Source: the human T2T-CHM13v2.0 reference genome, Homo sapiens. From it: a DNA stretch of 64,000 nucleotides. Of the stretch, positions 12,535 to 25,602 are shown one piece after another. The position numbers were made by a program, and so were the translations under genes. The notes under the pieces were generated by a model. That model saw only the letters and a program-made list of their open reading frames with translations. It made no database searches and had not been told where the DNA came from. Each line of letters starts with the position of its first letter. The first letter of the stretch is position 1. Location of the stretch: the NCBI RefSeq assembly GCF_009914755.1, contig NC_060935.1, one strand, 5' to 3'.

Positions 12535-14899
12535 CGTTTATGTATGTTTTAAAAGGGGACAAAGGAGTCTGTGTGTGAGTTGAGAGAGAGTAGATTCCAG
12601 CAGAGGGATCAGCACATGCAAAGTCCCTGGGGCATGACAGAGCAGAAGCATTCAAGGAGCTACAAATGGTGCCACTGGGTGGAGTGAGCAGAGGAAGTAG
12701 AGGAGGGGAAGGGATATGAGATAGGCTGCTTGTGCTGAGTTTGGGCTTTTCCCCAGGAGCACTGGGGAGCCATAAAAGGGTTTATGCAGAGGAGGAGGAC
12801 AGGTGATGCCCTGAGAAGATGGCAGGGAGGTGGGATAATGGTTGAGGGTGAACACACTCAGTTGCAGTCATTGCAAGGCCTCCAGCTGGTGACAGGCTGG
12901 CTTCTGAGGGCAGGGTTGGGCCTGTGGGGAGATGGAGAAAAAGGAGGCCGGGTGCAGCGTGGATACCCGGGTCATGCAGGAGCCCTGCCCTGTTACTAGA
13001 TCCTTCCCTCAGGGGACGCAGTTGGAGGCTGGAACCCAGGTGGCCATCTGCCATCACTCTCTGTCTGAGTGCCTTGGAAGCCTTCAGTTGCTGCCAGGCA
13101 CTATAATTCATCTTTGCATGCTCCCCTTTATCTTTTTGGGGATAGAGAAAAACAAAATACCATCTGCACATCTGGGTGCTAGGCCTGGAATGGAGGCACC
13201 AGGACATGCAAGAGCTGAGTGTGGAGCTGGGAGGAGACCAGGAGAGGATCCTGTCGGGGCCCGAGGTGGGAGCTGGGCTGTGGGTATGGGTGTGAAGGGC
13301 ACCTGGCCTCCCCACCTCAGTACTGGCGTTGGGAGCCCCATGGAGAGGAGGAAGCAGAGGAAGCTCCAGCCCAGCCCCTTCCTCAGAGACCCCAGCCTTC
13401 CTTGCTGCTTTCCTAGGGCCAGGCGGGCACAGCTTAGGGAATGGGGACTCGCCTCTCCCAGGATCAGGGCTCTTGCTTGGAAAGGAGCTTCCAATGAGCT
13501 CATCCTACAGTGAGTCCAGCCACTGGCCGGGAGGAGAAAACTTGCAAACCACAACCAGGGTCCTGAGTCCTTGGGGCGGGCAGAACCGGAGAGGGGGAAG
13601 GTGGAGCGCCCACACCAGGGCAGAAAGTGAGGCAGGTCTGAAATAGGCCGCTGGCTGGAGGGCCAGATGGGGACTCTATGTGCTTTGAGTTTGGCAGCTC
13701 CTGCTTCCAATGCATCCACTGCTGGTGCTAGTTTAAAGAGCAGTTGCTTGGAGCCAGGTGATGCTGGCCCTGGTCTGTGTGTACTTAAGGATCACATTAG
13801 CCCCAACCCACAATCACTGCTGATTTGTGGTGAGCACTTGGAGGAGCTGTGGTTCTGGCTGAGGGGGTGCCAGCCAGGTTCTGCCCACTAGGCGTTCCCT
13901 TAGGAGGGCTTAGGCCCTTTTTTCTGCTTTACTCTTAGTGTATAGATTTAACTCTCGAAGAAAGTGATCAGCAAGGATGTGTGGCCTTGCAGACTGGGCC
14001 GGGAGGGATTTTCAGGTGATCGGTTTTGACTCCTTGAGAGGTGCTCATTCAGCTTCTGCTTACATACCTGTAGCGATGGGGAGCTCACTACCAACCAAGA
14101 GAGCGTTCAGACTGCTTTGAAAAAAGTCATTCCCATGCTGTGCAAAGGCCTTGGGTTGAAATCCTATCCCTGCCTCTTGCTGTGTGACCTCAGACAAGTG
14201 ACTTACCTTCTAGAGCTCTGGTTTCCTTTAGTCTAAAATGGGTTTGGTAAATATCCGCTTCTCACTCGTGGAGAGGTTAAAACCAGTTAACTGTACAACC
14301 AGGAACAAGTCAGATCTCTCCACAGTGCATAGAAGCTGGGCCCAGACAGTCTTCTCAGCAAATGTACATGTCCCACGTCCAATAGTATCAGCAGGATAAA
14401 TGTCAGCTTCTCCCTGGCACGTAGCTGATGCCAGGATGTGATTGGTGCTGCCCCCACCTCCCTTTAATGGAACCACAGTGCCTTAGAGACACGGCCAGGC
14501 CCCGTCCATGACTTTATCCTAACTCAGAGGCCGCAGACCACAGGATGCCCTGAGCTGTCACACGGGCCCAGTGTTCAAAGGCTTCTAGGAGGCTCAGTCT
14601 CTCTGGAGGCCTCCGTCCCTCACACAGTCCCCTCCCAGGCCCACCCTCCTCACATTATCAGGCTTTGTATCAGGGTTTTAATGAGGTTGGGGTGGGTGGG
14701 CAGGCAGCATTGCCTCGACTCCCACAGGAAATAACGAGAAAGCACCAGTATAACAGCTCAGGTGGAGAGGTGGTCCCTGAAACTGGCAGTGACTTCTGAC
14801 CTTGTGACCTCAGGCCTCAGCCCGCAGTGCCACACTTCCCCCAGGGCATGGGCCTTGCCCCCTACCATACCTTTCTGCAATCCTGTTTTGCCCTTGTTC

Positions 14900-15176
14900 C
14901 TATTTTATTTTTTAAACAGTTTTATAGAGGTATAATTTACACACCCTAACATTTGCCTGTTTTAAGGATATTATTCAATAGTCTGTAGTAAATTTACAAA
15001 GTTTTGCAGCCATCACTACAATCTAATTTTAGAATATTTCCATCATCCCCCAAAGAAATGTGGCATACATTTGCCATCAGTCCCTGTTCCCACCCCAGCC
15101 CCGGGCCACCACCAGTCTACTCTGTGTATCTATAGATTTGCCTTTTCTGGACATTTCATGTAAATGTACTCATACA
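14900..15176 (-). mobile_element. L1MB-type 3' end fragment, antisense
   Basis: GAGGTATAATTTACA...GCAGCCATCACTACAATCTAATTTTAGAATATTTCCATCA...GATTTGCCTTTTCTGGACATTTCATGTAAATG. Confidence 0.85.
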
Positions 15177-15982
15177 TCATGTGTGGAGGTGGGTGGAGCA
15201 GTGTCTGCTCAATGATATGCCTGTCTCCCCACAGCCAGCTAAGGCCAAGGCAGAAGTGTGGTTTCTTTTTAAGAGTTGGAAGAGCTCATCGAGGCCCCTG
15301 AGTGCAATTTTTACTTCAGTGCAAGAAAGAAATCCTCGGTACCAATCTCCACACTGAGACCCCTCTGACATCTGCTTGAATACACCTAGTCAGCAGCTCA
15401 CTACTTGCCAGAGACTACAGGAAATTCTCAGATCCTGATCACATAGAGTGCCAGGCCTGCTGGTGTCATTTGATCTTTGGTTTCATCCTTTGAGATGGAA
15501 TCATTTTACAGCTCAGGAAATTGTAGCTCAGAAAGGTTGAGGCACTTACCCACAGTCACACAGAGGATGGCTGGATTTAAACCCCACGTCTTTTTTATTT
15601 CAAACACATTGTTTAACACCTGCACCACATTTCAGCTGTTAAAGATGTCACTACACTCCATTCTGCTGGGGGACTACTCATCTTTGTATTGGGGTTCACT
15701 CTGTCTTATGTTAATGACTTCTACTCATCGTTTCTAGTTTTGCTGACTAGACTCACACAGATCACCAACCTGAGAGTGGAGTGGCATAGAGACTGGAGAG
15801 GAGGAAGGAAGCAAGGAGGACTTCCTAGAGGAGGTGATGTCTGAGTTGGGACTTGAAAGATAAGCAGGAATTAATGGGCAGAGCTTGTAGGGAAGAGTTT
15901 CCAGGGACTCTTAACTGCCAGCTCTTAAATATTTCACAACTGCTTGAGACTGGAGGGAACTGTCTAGAGTATTTACTCTTGC

Positions 15983-16319
15983 TGTCTGTCATTTGCAGTT
16001 TGGGCTATTATAACAAAATACCATAGACTAGGTGGATTAAACAACAAATATTTATTTCTCAAGATGCTAGAGGCTGGAAGTCTAAGATCAGAGTGCTAGC
16101 ATGGTAGGGTTCTTGGTGAAGGCCATCTTCGCCTTGTATCTTCATGTGGCAGAGAAAGAGGAAGCAAGCTCTCCTGTCTTTTCTTATAAGGGCACTAATC
16201 TTATTCATGAGGGCTCCATCCTCATGACCTAATTACCTCACACCTCCAAATACCATCACATTGGGGATGAGGGTTTCAATATATGAATTTGGGGGGACAC
16301 AAACATTCAGTCCACAGTA
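15983..16319 (-). mobile_element. MLT1A-like MaLR LTR, antisense
   Basis: ATAACAAAATACCATAGACT...TATGAATTTGGGGGGACACAAACATTCAGTCC matches the reverse of the recalled MLT1A consensus. Confidence 0.85.
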
Positions 16320-16359
16320 CTATTTATTCTTCCCCACACATCACCAGTAAGTGATGGTC

Positions 16360-16450
16360 CAGCAGCAGTGCTTGATTACCTCCAAAGACAGGGAGCTTAC
16401 CACCTTACCTGGGAACCTGTTCCATGGTGGAGCAGTTCTGATTCTGCCAC
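16360..16450. mobile_element. CR1/L3-like fragment (similar pieces at about 14040-14100 and 15365-15410)
   Basis: TGCTTGA.TACCTCCA..GACAGGGAGCT.ACCACCT...TTCCAT...GCAGTTCTGATT resembles the recalled L3 3' region. Confidence 0.45.
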
Positions 16451-16600
16451 GACCAGCAGAACATAGTCAGTCCCTCTTCATACCACCAGCCTTCAGGATG
16501 CTGGGCCTGGCAGGCGGGTCCCAGAAGCAGCTTGAAAGTCTTGGCCAAAATGTGCCCTGTTCCTTCATCCATTCTTCCCAATGTGTATTGCTTGCTATAG

Positions 16601-17236
<636 letters not shown>

Positions 17237-20200
17237 TGCACCAACCTCATAGGGTTGCCACGAGGATTCACTGAGTGAATGCATGTAAAACATCAAGTGC
17301 AGTGCCCGGCACATGCTAAGTGCTGTGCTAGTGTACGCTATCAACAGAGCACTGAGCATTATGGGAGAATCCCCTTTCCATCCTTGCTGCAAGTCTAGAC
17401 CCTGTGAAAGCCTAATGAATACAGTTCACATGTTATTTAATGATAGCAGGTATCTATATTGTGCTTACTATATGCCAGACTCTGCTTTAATGCTTTACAT
17501 AAGTTATTGAAGCTTCACAGCAGCCTTATGAGATCTATACTCTTAGTATCCTTATTATACAAAAGGGAACTGAGGCACAGAGAGGTGAAGCAACTTGCCC
17601 AAGGTCACACAGCCATCAAGTGCCTAGTAAGTTAATAGCACACAGTTAAATAATATTATAGTTAATATTAAGTAATATTCATTAAGTGCCACCTGCCCAG
17701 CCTGGGCACAGGGTGCCTGTGCTTCAGAGGAGATAGATCCATGACCAGGCAGTGGCAGGACTGCATGCTGAGTGTTCCGACAGGGCAGACCCAGGGAACT
17801 GTCATGGAGCCCAGGATACCTAGGGCTGTGGCACCTAGCCAGGCCTGGAGAGACACCAGGGAGGGCTTCCTGGAGGTAGGAATGTTTCAGCTGAAGTCAG
17901 GAAGAAGATGGGCGAAATGCTTGGATAAGGGGCTGGAGGTGACAGTATGTGGTTGTGGGTTGTTGGAGGACTCAGCCAAAAATTTCCATTCTAAGATATT
18001 CCAGTGGTCCCTTGGCAGCACAGGGGCCCTGCATAGCCTAGAGACCCTGGGGTGGCCCAGCACTTCGTGGCAACCTGGGGGTTCCATGTTAGTTCAGGGA
18101 ATTTCATGGTGGCCCAGATTTTTTTCCAGCACTCAAGGGACCTATGTGGTCTGGGCACACCATGACAGCCCAGAGATTCTGGATAATCCCAGGAATGCCA
18201 CAGCAGCTTTAGGAAGTTGCAGACATTTTGGACCCTGGGGATTCTGTGACAACCCCAGAGATTGCATGGCAGCTCCAGGGTTCTGTGGCCCTATTCTTGT
18301 GGCTGCAGAAAGAACAATATGCAAACTCATAGCAGACAAACCCCTTGACTGGGGACAAAGAAAGCAGCATGGAAGGGACTGTACCCAGTGATGCATTTTA
18401 CAGGGCTTAAGTCTAAGGAGGAAATTCTAAGGAGATGTGGCTGAAAGCCCAGTCCCTCCAAGGCCTGGGGAAGCTGAGGGGTCTGTACTCCTTAGGGTTT
18501 ATTTCCTTCTGGGAAGCTGAAAATGAGCCACCTCGAGGAGGTCTGTGGGGAGTGCTGTCCTGACTTGTAGGCATGTGACTTGAAGAGGACTTAGGATGTG
18601 CCTGTTGCCTGGATACAGAGGCACTGGTCCTCAGAGCCCTCTGAGCAGAGCATGGGGCAGAGCCCAGAGGGAGCTGTTATCTGTGAAGGGAGCTGGCATT
18701 CCTGGACCTACAGACATGAGGATTGGCCCCTCAGGGGGCTTATATGATCTGGGCCCTCCCAGGCTGGCATAGCTAGGTTTGTTCCAGCTCTGCCTCTCCA
18801 GGCCAGCTGGGTGGCTTCACCTGTCCCCACCTTGGACCCAGCACCCGCAGCCTGGGAATGGCCCTACATCTGTTTCTTAGGGGGCTTCAGGAGTTGAGTG
18901 GGGTGGGAAAGACCCCTGTATAAAAGCATGAGGACACATTCCTGCTCCACCATGGAGCCGTGCACTCCTGGGCAAACTCCTTCACACCACTGAGCTTCAA
19001 TTTCCTCATCTGTAAAAAGGAGATGGGCCTAGCACGGTATGGGACATACAGTAACCAATGTTAGTTTCACCTCCACCTCTTCCGCCTGATTCAGAGATGG
19101 CAGCCAGGTGACCTGGGCATGGGGAAAAGGGTGGGTCTCAAGTGGAGGGCCCATCTGGCCCCATAATAGTCAATGGTCTTTGTGCCTTTGCCTCTGGGCA
19201 AAACCTCCCTCTTCTACCCTTGGAAGAGCCAGAATGATCACTCCCTGTGCCAGGCACTCGATGTCATTTAGCCCTCCCTCTAACACTGTGAGATAGTACT
19301 ATAGCAATCCCATTTTACAGACAAGCAAACTGAGGCACAGAGAAGGCAACTCAGCTGTCCCAAGTCACAGAGCAAGGATTCATGCCCGAGTCTATCTTGA
19401 TTGCAAAGCCTGGCACTAATCACCTCTCTTCCCTGGTATCCTTCTAAAAACACCCCAGGGAGAAAGAGGAAAATGGTGAGATGGGAACCAGCCGGAGAAC
19501 TAATTGCATGCTTGGTGCCTGGGTAGGGGGACATCTTTGTCCCTCAGGTCTATGGCTGGCCGGGCCTGGCAGTTCCCAGTGGGGAAGTTGTGAGGAGAGG
19601 CTGGGGCTGGGTTCCACCCAGGCTGGCTCCTGATCCATTTGAGGATTTTCCAGCCCTCAACAGCATGGAGCCTGCTGAGACCACGCACCTCCCTTTAGCA
19701 ACCCTTTTTCAGAGAATTCCACTGGAAGAGGAGGGACGGAAACAGACATAACTGGAGAGAAGGAGGGGTCCCGCAGCCCACAGACCCATTTTGCTTTTCC
19801 AACCAAGTGAGAATCAGCATTAAATTGGGGGCAGAGGGGGCAAGACCCACTTCCCCTGCTCCCCCGTAGTTACATCTTCCCCAGGGCTGGAGCAGCAGCT
19901 CCATGCAAGAGTGAGAGGCCTTGGACCAGCCCCTTGCAGAGGTACATTCTCCCCCGTGGGGCCCTCCCAGCCCATGTGGGCCTAGAACACCAGACAGCCC
20001 AACTCACAGCCAGCTTCTCTGATGCCACTGCCAAATACCAGACCATTTACCAGGCTTTTCCAGAGAGCTGGTGTCCCCAACCAGACCTCTAAGCCTGCAA
20101 TTAGGCAAGCAGCAGAGGGCTTAGCTTTCTCTGGGTTGTGGGCATTTCGGTGGGAAAGATAAGCTTGGTTTGGATTAAGCTAGAGCATAAAATAATATTT

Positions 20201-23200
20201 ATCCTCAAACAATACTCTCTGGCTGGGAGCAAGTCTGGGCCTTGGGGCTTCGGAGGCTAGGGGCTGCCGAGGGATTTACCACCTCCCTCCAGGTCACCAG
20301 GAAATCTTACCTACCGACCTTCCCTCATCCTAGCTGGTTGCACAACCCAATTCACAGTGCTTGCTCTCATTACGAAATGGAATTGAGAAGATGTTACAGC
20401 ATTCAGCACGTAATTATGTGCAGAGCACTTGCCCTGTGCAAAATTATCTCATCAAATCCTTGTAACTACCTTGGGAGTCGAGCTTATTGTCCCCACATTG
20501 ATCCAGACTCAAGTCCCAGCTCAGTCATTTCTAGCTCTTGGCCTCAGAGAAGTGGCTTCATTTCCTGTGAGCCTCAGTTTTTTGCCTGTAAAATGGGAGT
20601 GATAATAGCTTTCTAAAGCGTGCTTAGGAAGATGAGCTAGGATTTATATAAAACGCCTCATCCGTGCCCTGGTGCCATAGTAGTACTTAATGAATGGTAG
20701 GTGATATTATAAAATCTTAGTCTTTCTGGTAAAATAGGCCTCGGGTATGTGAAACAACCTGGCTGGAGTCACAGAGCTATTCAGTGGCAAAGCTGAGATT
20801 CAGACCCCAGGTGGTGGGCCCTGTGGGAGCCAGGCCTCCAACCAACTGGTCAGGAAAAGGCCCAGGCAAGAGCTAGCCTGGCCTGCATGGGGCTGGGGGT
20901 ACCACTCAGACACAGCCTGGAGCTCCGGAGAGGAAGGACCCCTGTGCTTCCTGTCCCCAGTCCCCTTTTGTGGAACAAAAGTTTTTCTGTTTTCTGTTCC
21001 TTATCCCATACCTCAGTGACCTGTGCCCCGGGGACTGGGAGAAGATCACCCTGGCTCATTCCCCAGATGAACAAAGGTGGGTCAATGCTGTCTCTGAGAG
21101 GACAGGGGCTGACTCCAGGGAGGCGGGTGTTATGTGTCAAATAGGGTGTGTGCCAGCGTCCCCAGCCTGGACACTGTAGAAGGCACTCCTCTGAGTTTTA
21201 GTGACCTTCGCCACATGTGACCTTGCTGTGTGGCCTGAGGAGATCCCTGTCCCTCTCTGGTCTTTGTTTTCTTATCTCCAAAGTAAAGGCATTGGAAGTA
21301 AACAGAAGGGACCACTGCTTAGGCTGGAGAAATCAGGGAAGGCTTCATGGCTGAGGAGACATCAAGCTGGGCCTTGGAGTGTGAGAAGGAGTTTTCCAGG
21401 CTGACCAAGGAAGAAAAGGTATTGCAGGCCCAGGTTGTAGCACCATCAAAGACACGGTAACATCAGAGTATGGGGTTTAAGTGGTGGGTGGCTCTTTTAC
21501 AATGATTTGTTTTAATTACATAAATAATACATGTTCCTTGTTGTAAAAAATAGAAATCATTTGAGTATGAAGAATAAGATAAAAATCACCAACAGTCAGC
21601 TACTCTTTGGTACTGCTTCAGCTTTTTTTAACATGATTGGGAAAGTGGCTTGTAAGCTCCCTGATATATGGAGACTCTCAGCTTCTGGGCAGGCAGCAAA
21701 GAATAAAGAATTGTCTCCTGGAAGCAGAGCCAGGCCACAAGTCCCAGACAGACAGACAGGGTTTCACGGAGCTGGGACTGGGAAGAGCCCACCAGGAGCA
21801 TTGGTGCCTCCTCCCCCAGGCCCCTGCAGAGCCTGCAGCGGATGCCAGGATGGAGGGACTTCTCCGCCTCTGAGGAAAGGAGGCCCAGAGGGAGGATCTT
21901 TGTGTGCACAAATGCAGCCTGTGGGAAGGGCCATGCACTGCCGCTTCTGGAAGTCCCTGGGCCTGTCAGCTGGCAAAAGTGGCCATCCCGCTGCCAAACA
22001 GTCGAGGGGTCCCCATAATGGCTTCACTGTGGTTTCCTACGACGTCTGCAGGGTATGGCAGGCTGGGGCGGGAGCCCGATGACATTGTGAAGTCACTACT
22101 GTGATCTTGCCAGTTCTCCAGCGCTGCCTTTAAAATGTGGTTCATCTAATGGACATTGGGTGGGGTTGGGCAGGGGCAGTGTATGGCCCAGGAAGAGTGA
22201 CCTGGAGTGGTCTGTCCATGGTCATTCGAGGGGAGAGGTGCAGGCTGCAGGGATCTCAGGGTCCATTCCTTGGGCTCCTGGCCCCGTTCTCCCATCCCCA
22301 ACACAGAGAACGTTTTCTAGAAGCCTCAGCCAGGACCCGCTCAACTAAATAAAGGAGTGAAAGCAGCCCATGAGGACCCCCCGCCTCTGCTCCTCTGTTA
22401 GATCATCTCCCCGGGTGTCCAAGCATCTGGGGCCTCAGAAAGCCAGAAAGGGAGGGGACGGGGAGAAACAGCCAGGTTATGGTGACCACCTGAGCCACCA
22501 TCATCTTGGCTACGAAAATAGGATGGGTTGTTCCACTTCGCCCACAGCCCCTGTGAAGCCTGTTAACGGTAATTACGAAGTTAGGAGAAATTCCCAGGCC
22601 TCCTAATTAGTGTGAATAGGGGCTGGGTAAGCTAGTCGTGGGAAAATAGATGTCTTTGTTTGCATTCTTAAGAGGAGACCACGGCTTTCTACCTTTAGGT
22701 GTAATAGAGCTTGGCTCTCTTCTCTCCCTCTCCCCACTGCTCCTGGCCTAATACCCTGTACTGTGGACAGGCACATAGTTGCACATACCCACTCACCACC
22801 ATATCTCCTGTGTGTGTGCACGTGCACACACACAGACACACGCACACACAGAAGCACAATAGACTGCATCTTTCCATCCTGAATTAAGACGTCATCTGGC
22901 AAAACAAACACCAAAAACCAAACAGCATTTCAGCCATGCTTCCGGCCCCACTGACAATACCATTAAATGCCCCTTCCCCCAGCTCCACCCCAGACACCCC
23001 AGGGGACTCCTTCCCAGGCCTCCCCAGATTAGACTGTGTTAACAAACCATTACGTGTTCCAATTAGAGCGGCAGCGGACCTGGCTGGCCGGGCGTGTAAG
23101 AACGCTCTCCTCTTCCCGCTAACAGGCTGAGGGGCGCCGCCCCAGGAGGGAACGAGCCACGCTGGGCTCCCCTCTGGACGCTGTAGAGATAATGAGATCC

Positions 23201-23811
23201 AGCGTCTCCATCCCAGCCTGAGGAAGGCTCCCTGCTCTCTGGGTCTGGGGCCAGCCCGGGGGAGGTTTCCTTTGGAACAAGCAGGAGGAAAGGAAAGAAT
23301 AAGGGAGTGAAACTAACATTTATTATGCAGTATGGGCTGTTGAGCCTGTGCCAGGAAATGTTGCATAGGATGGTGCTTTTTAAACTGAGTGGTGGGTACC
23401 CACGGGGCCCTGGGGTACTTCTTCCTGAACCAGAGGGTATACAAAGTCTCAGGGTTCACCCTGTGCATCCTAATAGAACATTAATTCTTGAAGATTTGGA
23501 AGATCACACCTACTTTTTTATTTAAACATCATATTTTTAAAATATGTGGTATATTTTGGAGTAAAATGCAAAATAATTGCATGAATATGTGAAATAAAAC
23601 AGGAGATTTATAGTCAAATGTGCTCTCCCACTCTTGTGTCTGGGCTGGGTCTCCCAGTCTCCAAAAATGTGGTGGTAACATGTTGTCTTCCATTGCCTCT
23701 GCGGGAACTGAGAAGGGAGAGCTTCCCCATTGTGTGATGTTGGGCAACCCCTATACCTCTCTGAGCCTCCCATCCCTCAGCAGCACGATGGAAATGCTAA
23801 TAGCACCTCCC

Positions 23812-23985
23812 CAGGGCCGGCTTCACAGCCACGCGACCTGCGTAATCCCACAGAGCCCTGAACTTCAAAGGGCCCCACAGTTGGTTCGATGTTCTGCCCT
23901 TGCCATCTTGAAATTCTTAATAACTTTTGAACAAGGGACCCCCTTGTTTTTACTGAGCCCCGCAAATGATATAGTTGCTCCCCAG
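23812..23985 (+). mobile_element. MER91A-like hAT-Tip100 element inserted in a MIR
   Basis: CAGGGCCGGCTTCA...TCTTGAAATTCTTAATAA.TTTTGAACAAGGG...GCCCCGCAAAT. Confidence 0.8.
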
Positions 23986-24079
23986 AAATGATGTAGCTGG
24001 TGCTGCACGTTTCAGCAGAGTTTTAGCAAGGGTTAAATCAGAAATGTGTGAAAGAAGCCCACACGGAGATTTATCCCTC

Positions 24080-24560
24080 CCTCCCTCTCTCCCTCCCTTC
24101 CTTCCTCCTTCTTCTTTCCCTAAACATCCATTGAGCACTCAGTATACTGGGTGCTGTGATTCAGCCATGAACGAAATCCCCTGCCCTCTTACATTCAAGA
24201 GAAGGGGAGAGAAGATGAATAACAGAAAGAAAACATTGCTGGAGATCCTGTCCACAAAGAGGGGACAGACAGTGATGGAGCGCGTGGGGTTTTGTGTGAG
24301 AGGGGCTTAGGGAAGGTCTCTGTCTTCGAGCAGAGACCTGAATAAGTCGAATAAATGAGCCATATGGAATATCTGGGGGAAGAGAGTCCCAGGCAGTAGG
24401 ATCGGCAGGTGCCAAGGTCCTGAGGCGGGAATGTGCTTGCCATGGTGGAAAAGGCCAGAGCAGCTGGAGCTGGCTGGAACAGGGTGAGGAGGGTGGTCGG
24501 AGGTAAGCCCAACAAGGCAGGGCCAGGTCACTGAGGGCCTTGTAAGCTGTTGTGAGTTTG
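24080..24560 (-). mobile_element. L2 fragment, antisense (others at about 12560-12840, 42880-43030, 47990-48500, 61870-62240)
   Basis: CATTGAGCAC...TGCTGTGATTCAGC.ATGAAC...GAGCAGAGACCTGAA...CCAGGCAG...GTGCCAAGGTCCTGAGG. Confidence 0.65.
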
Positions 24561-25542
24561 TGGCAGGGGTAAGTAAATGACAGCATGGGGGTAGAGGACT
24601 CCTTCAGCCAGAGCTGGATGTCTGTGGCCTCCCAGGATAAGTGTCTGGAGGCCAGATGGCAAAGGGGATGAAGAAGCGTGTCCCGTTGTCCTCTGGAAAC
24701 TCAAGGCAAGTTGTCTTTGGTCAAGGGATGAGTGCCAGCTGCCATGCAGGGACCTCCACTGTAGGCAAGAGATGGCTCCTCTCCCAGCTCTCTCTCCTCC
24801 AACTGGACAGTAGCTGTTTCAGCCCAGACAGCTGAGCCTCACCGCACCAAGGAGGCGACGCTGGGGGGAGGCTGGACGGTGGAGGAAGGAGTAGCCTGCC
24901 TTTCTGGAATCCTGGCCTGTCATCCATCCTGGGCCTCCATTACCACATCTTGGACAAACTGCACAGTCAAAGACCAACCCAAAAGGCACCCATGACAGTG
25001 CCTGTGCCAGAAGAGCGCCAGGATGGCCGCTGAGTGAGGTTTTCCAAGCTGTAGCCCCGCCAATGAACTCCAAGATGTACGGCAGGAATGCTGGAGACTG
25101 GGACAGCCAGGCAGCCTTGGTGCCAGGTCCCATACGCAGGGCTGGAAGCTGTGCCAGTTCTGTGCTTGTGGATAGAGAGACCCTCGTGCTCTGTTAGCCT
25201 CTCCCAAGCTGCATAACCCTGGTGAAGGTGTCACCTCCCTGGGACTCCTTCTCCTCATCTGTAAAATGAGGATGATAGTGATGTTATTAGCAGTAAATGA
25301 GAGTGCGGGTGAAGCACACAGAAGGTCTCCTGGCACATGGGGCATATTCACCCAGTGTGAGCCCTTGGGTACGGAGGCCTGGTCTGATAGTCCCCTCTGA
25401 ACCACACCACCTGATCACAGCTCAGCTGAGAAGTAGGCCACTGAGAGATGAATCTTAAGACCAAGCCACCGTGTAATATTGCCAAAGACCTTCAGAACAT
25501 GTTATGTGGCCAGGGCCAGGTCCTCAGAGCGATCATCTGTGC

Positions 25543-25602
25543 ATGAAGTGGTTGGACTCAAGGACCTCTGTATAATGAAGTGGTTGGACTCAAGGACCTC
25601 TG
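25543..25602 (+). repeat. Perfect 28-bp direct repeat (ATGAAGTGGTTGGACTCAAGGACCTCTG x2, spacer TATA)
   Basis: Copies at 25543-25570 and 25575-25602. Confidence 0.95.

Noticed and set aside
17741-18391. 216-aa ATG-initiated ORF
   Set aside because: Its start lies in L2-like sequence and the rest runs through a decayed minisatellite; there is no domain or exon signal.
25543-25602. 28-bp repeat as a CRISPR array
   Set aside because: Only two copies, a 4-nt spacer, no cas genes, and eukaryotic context.
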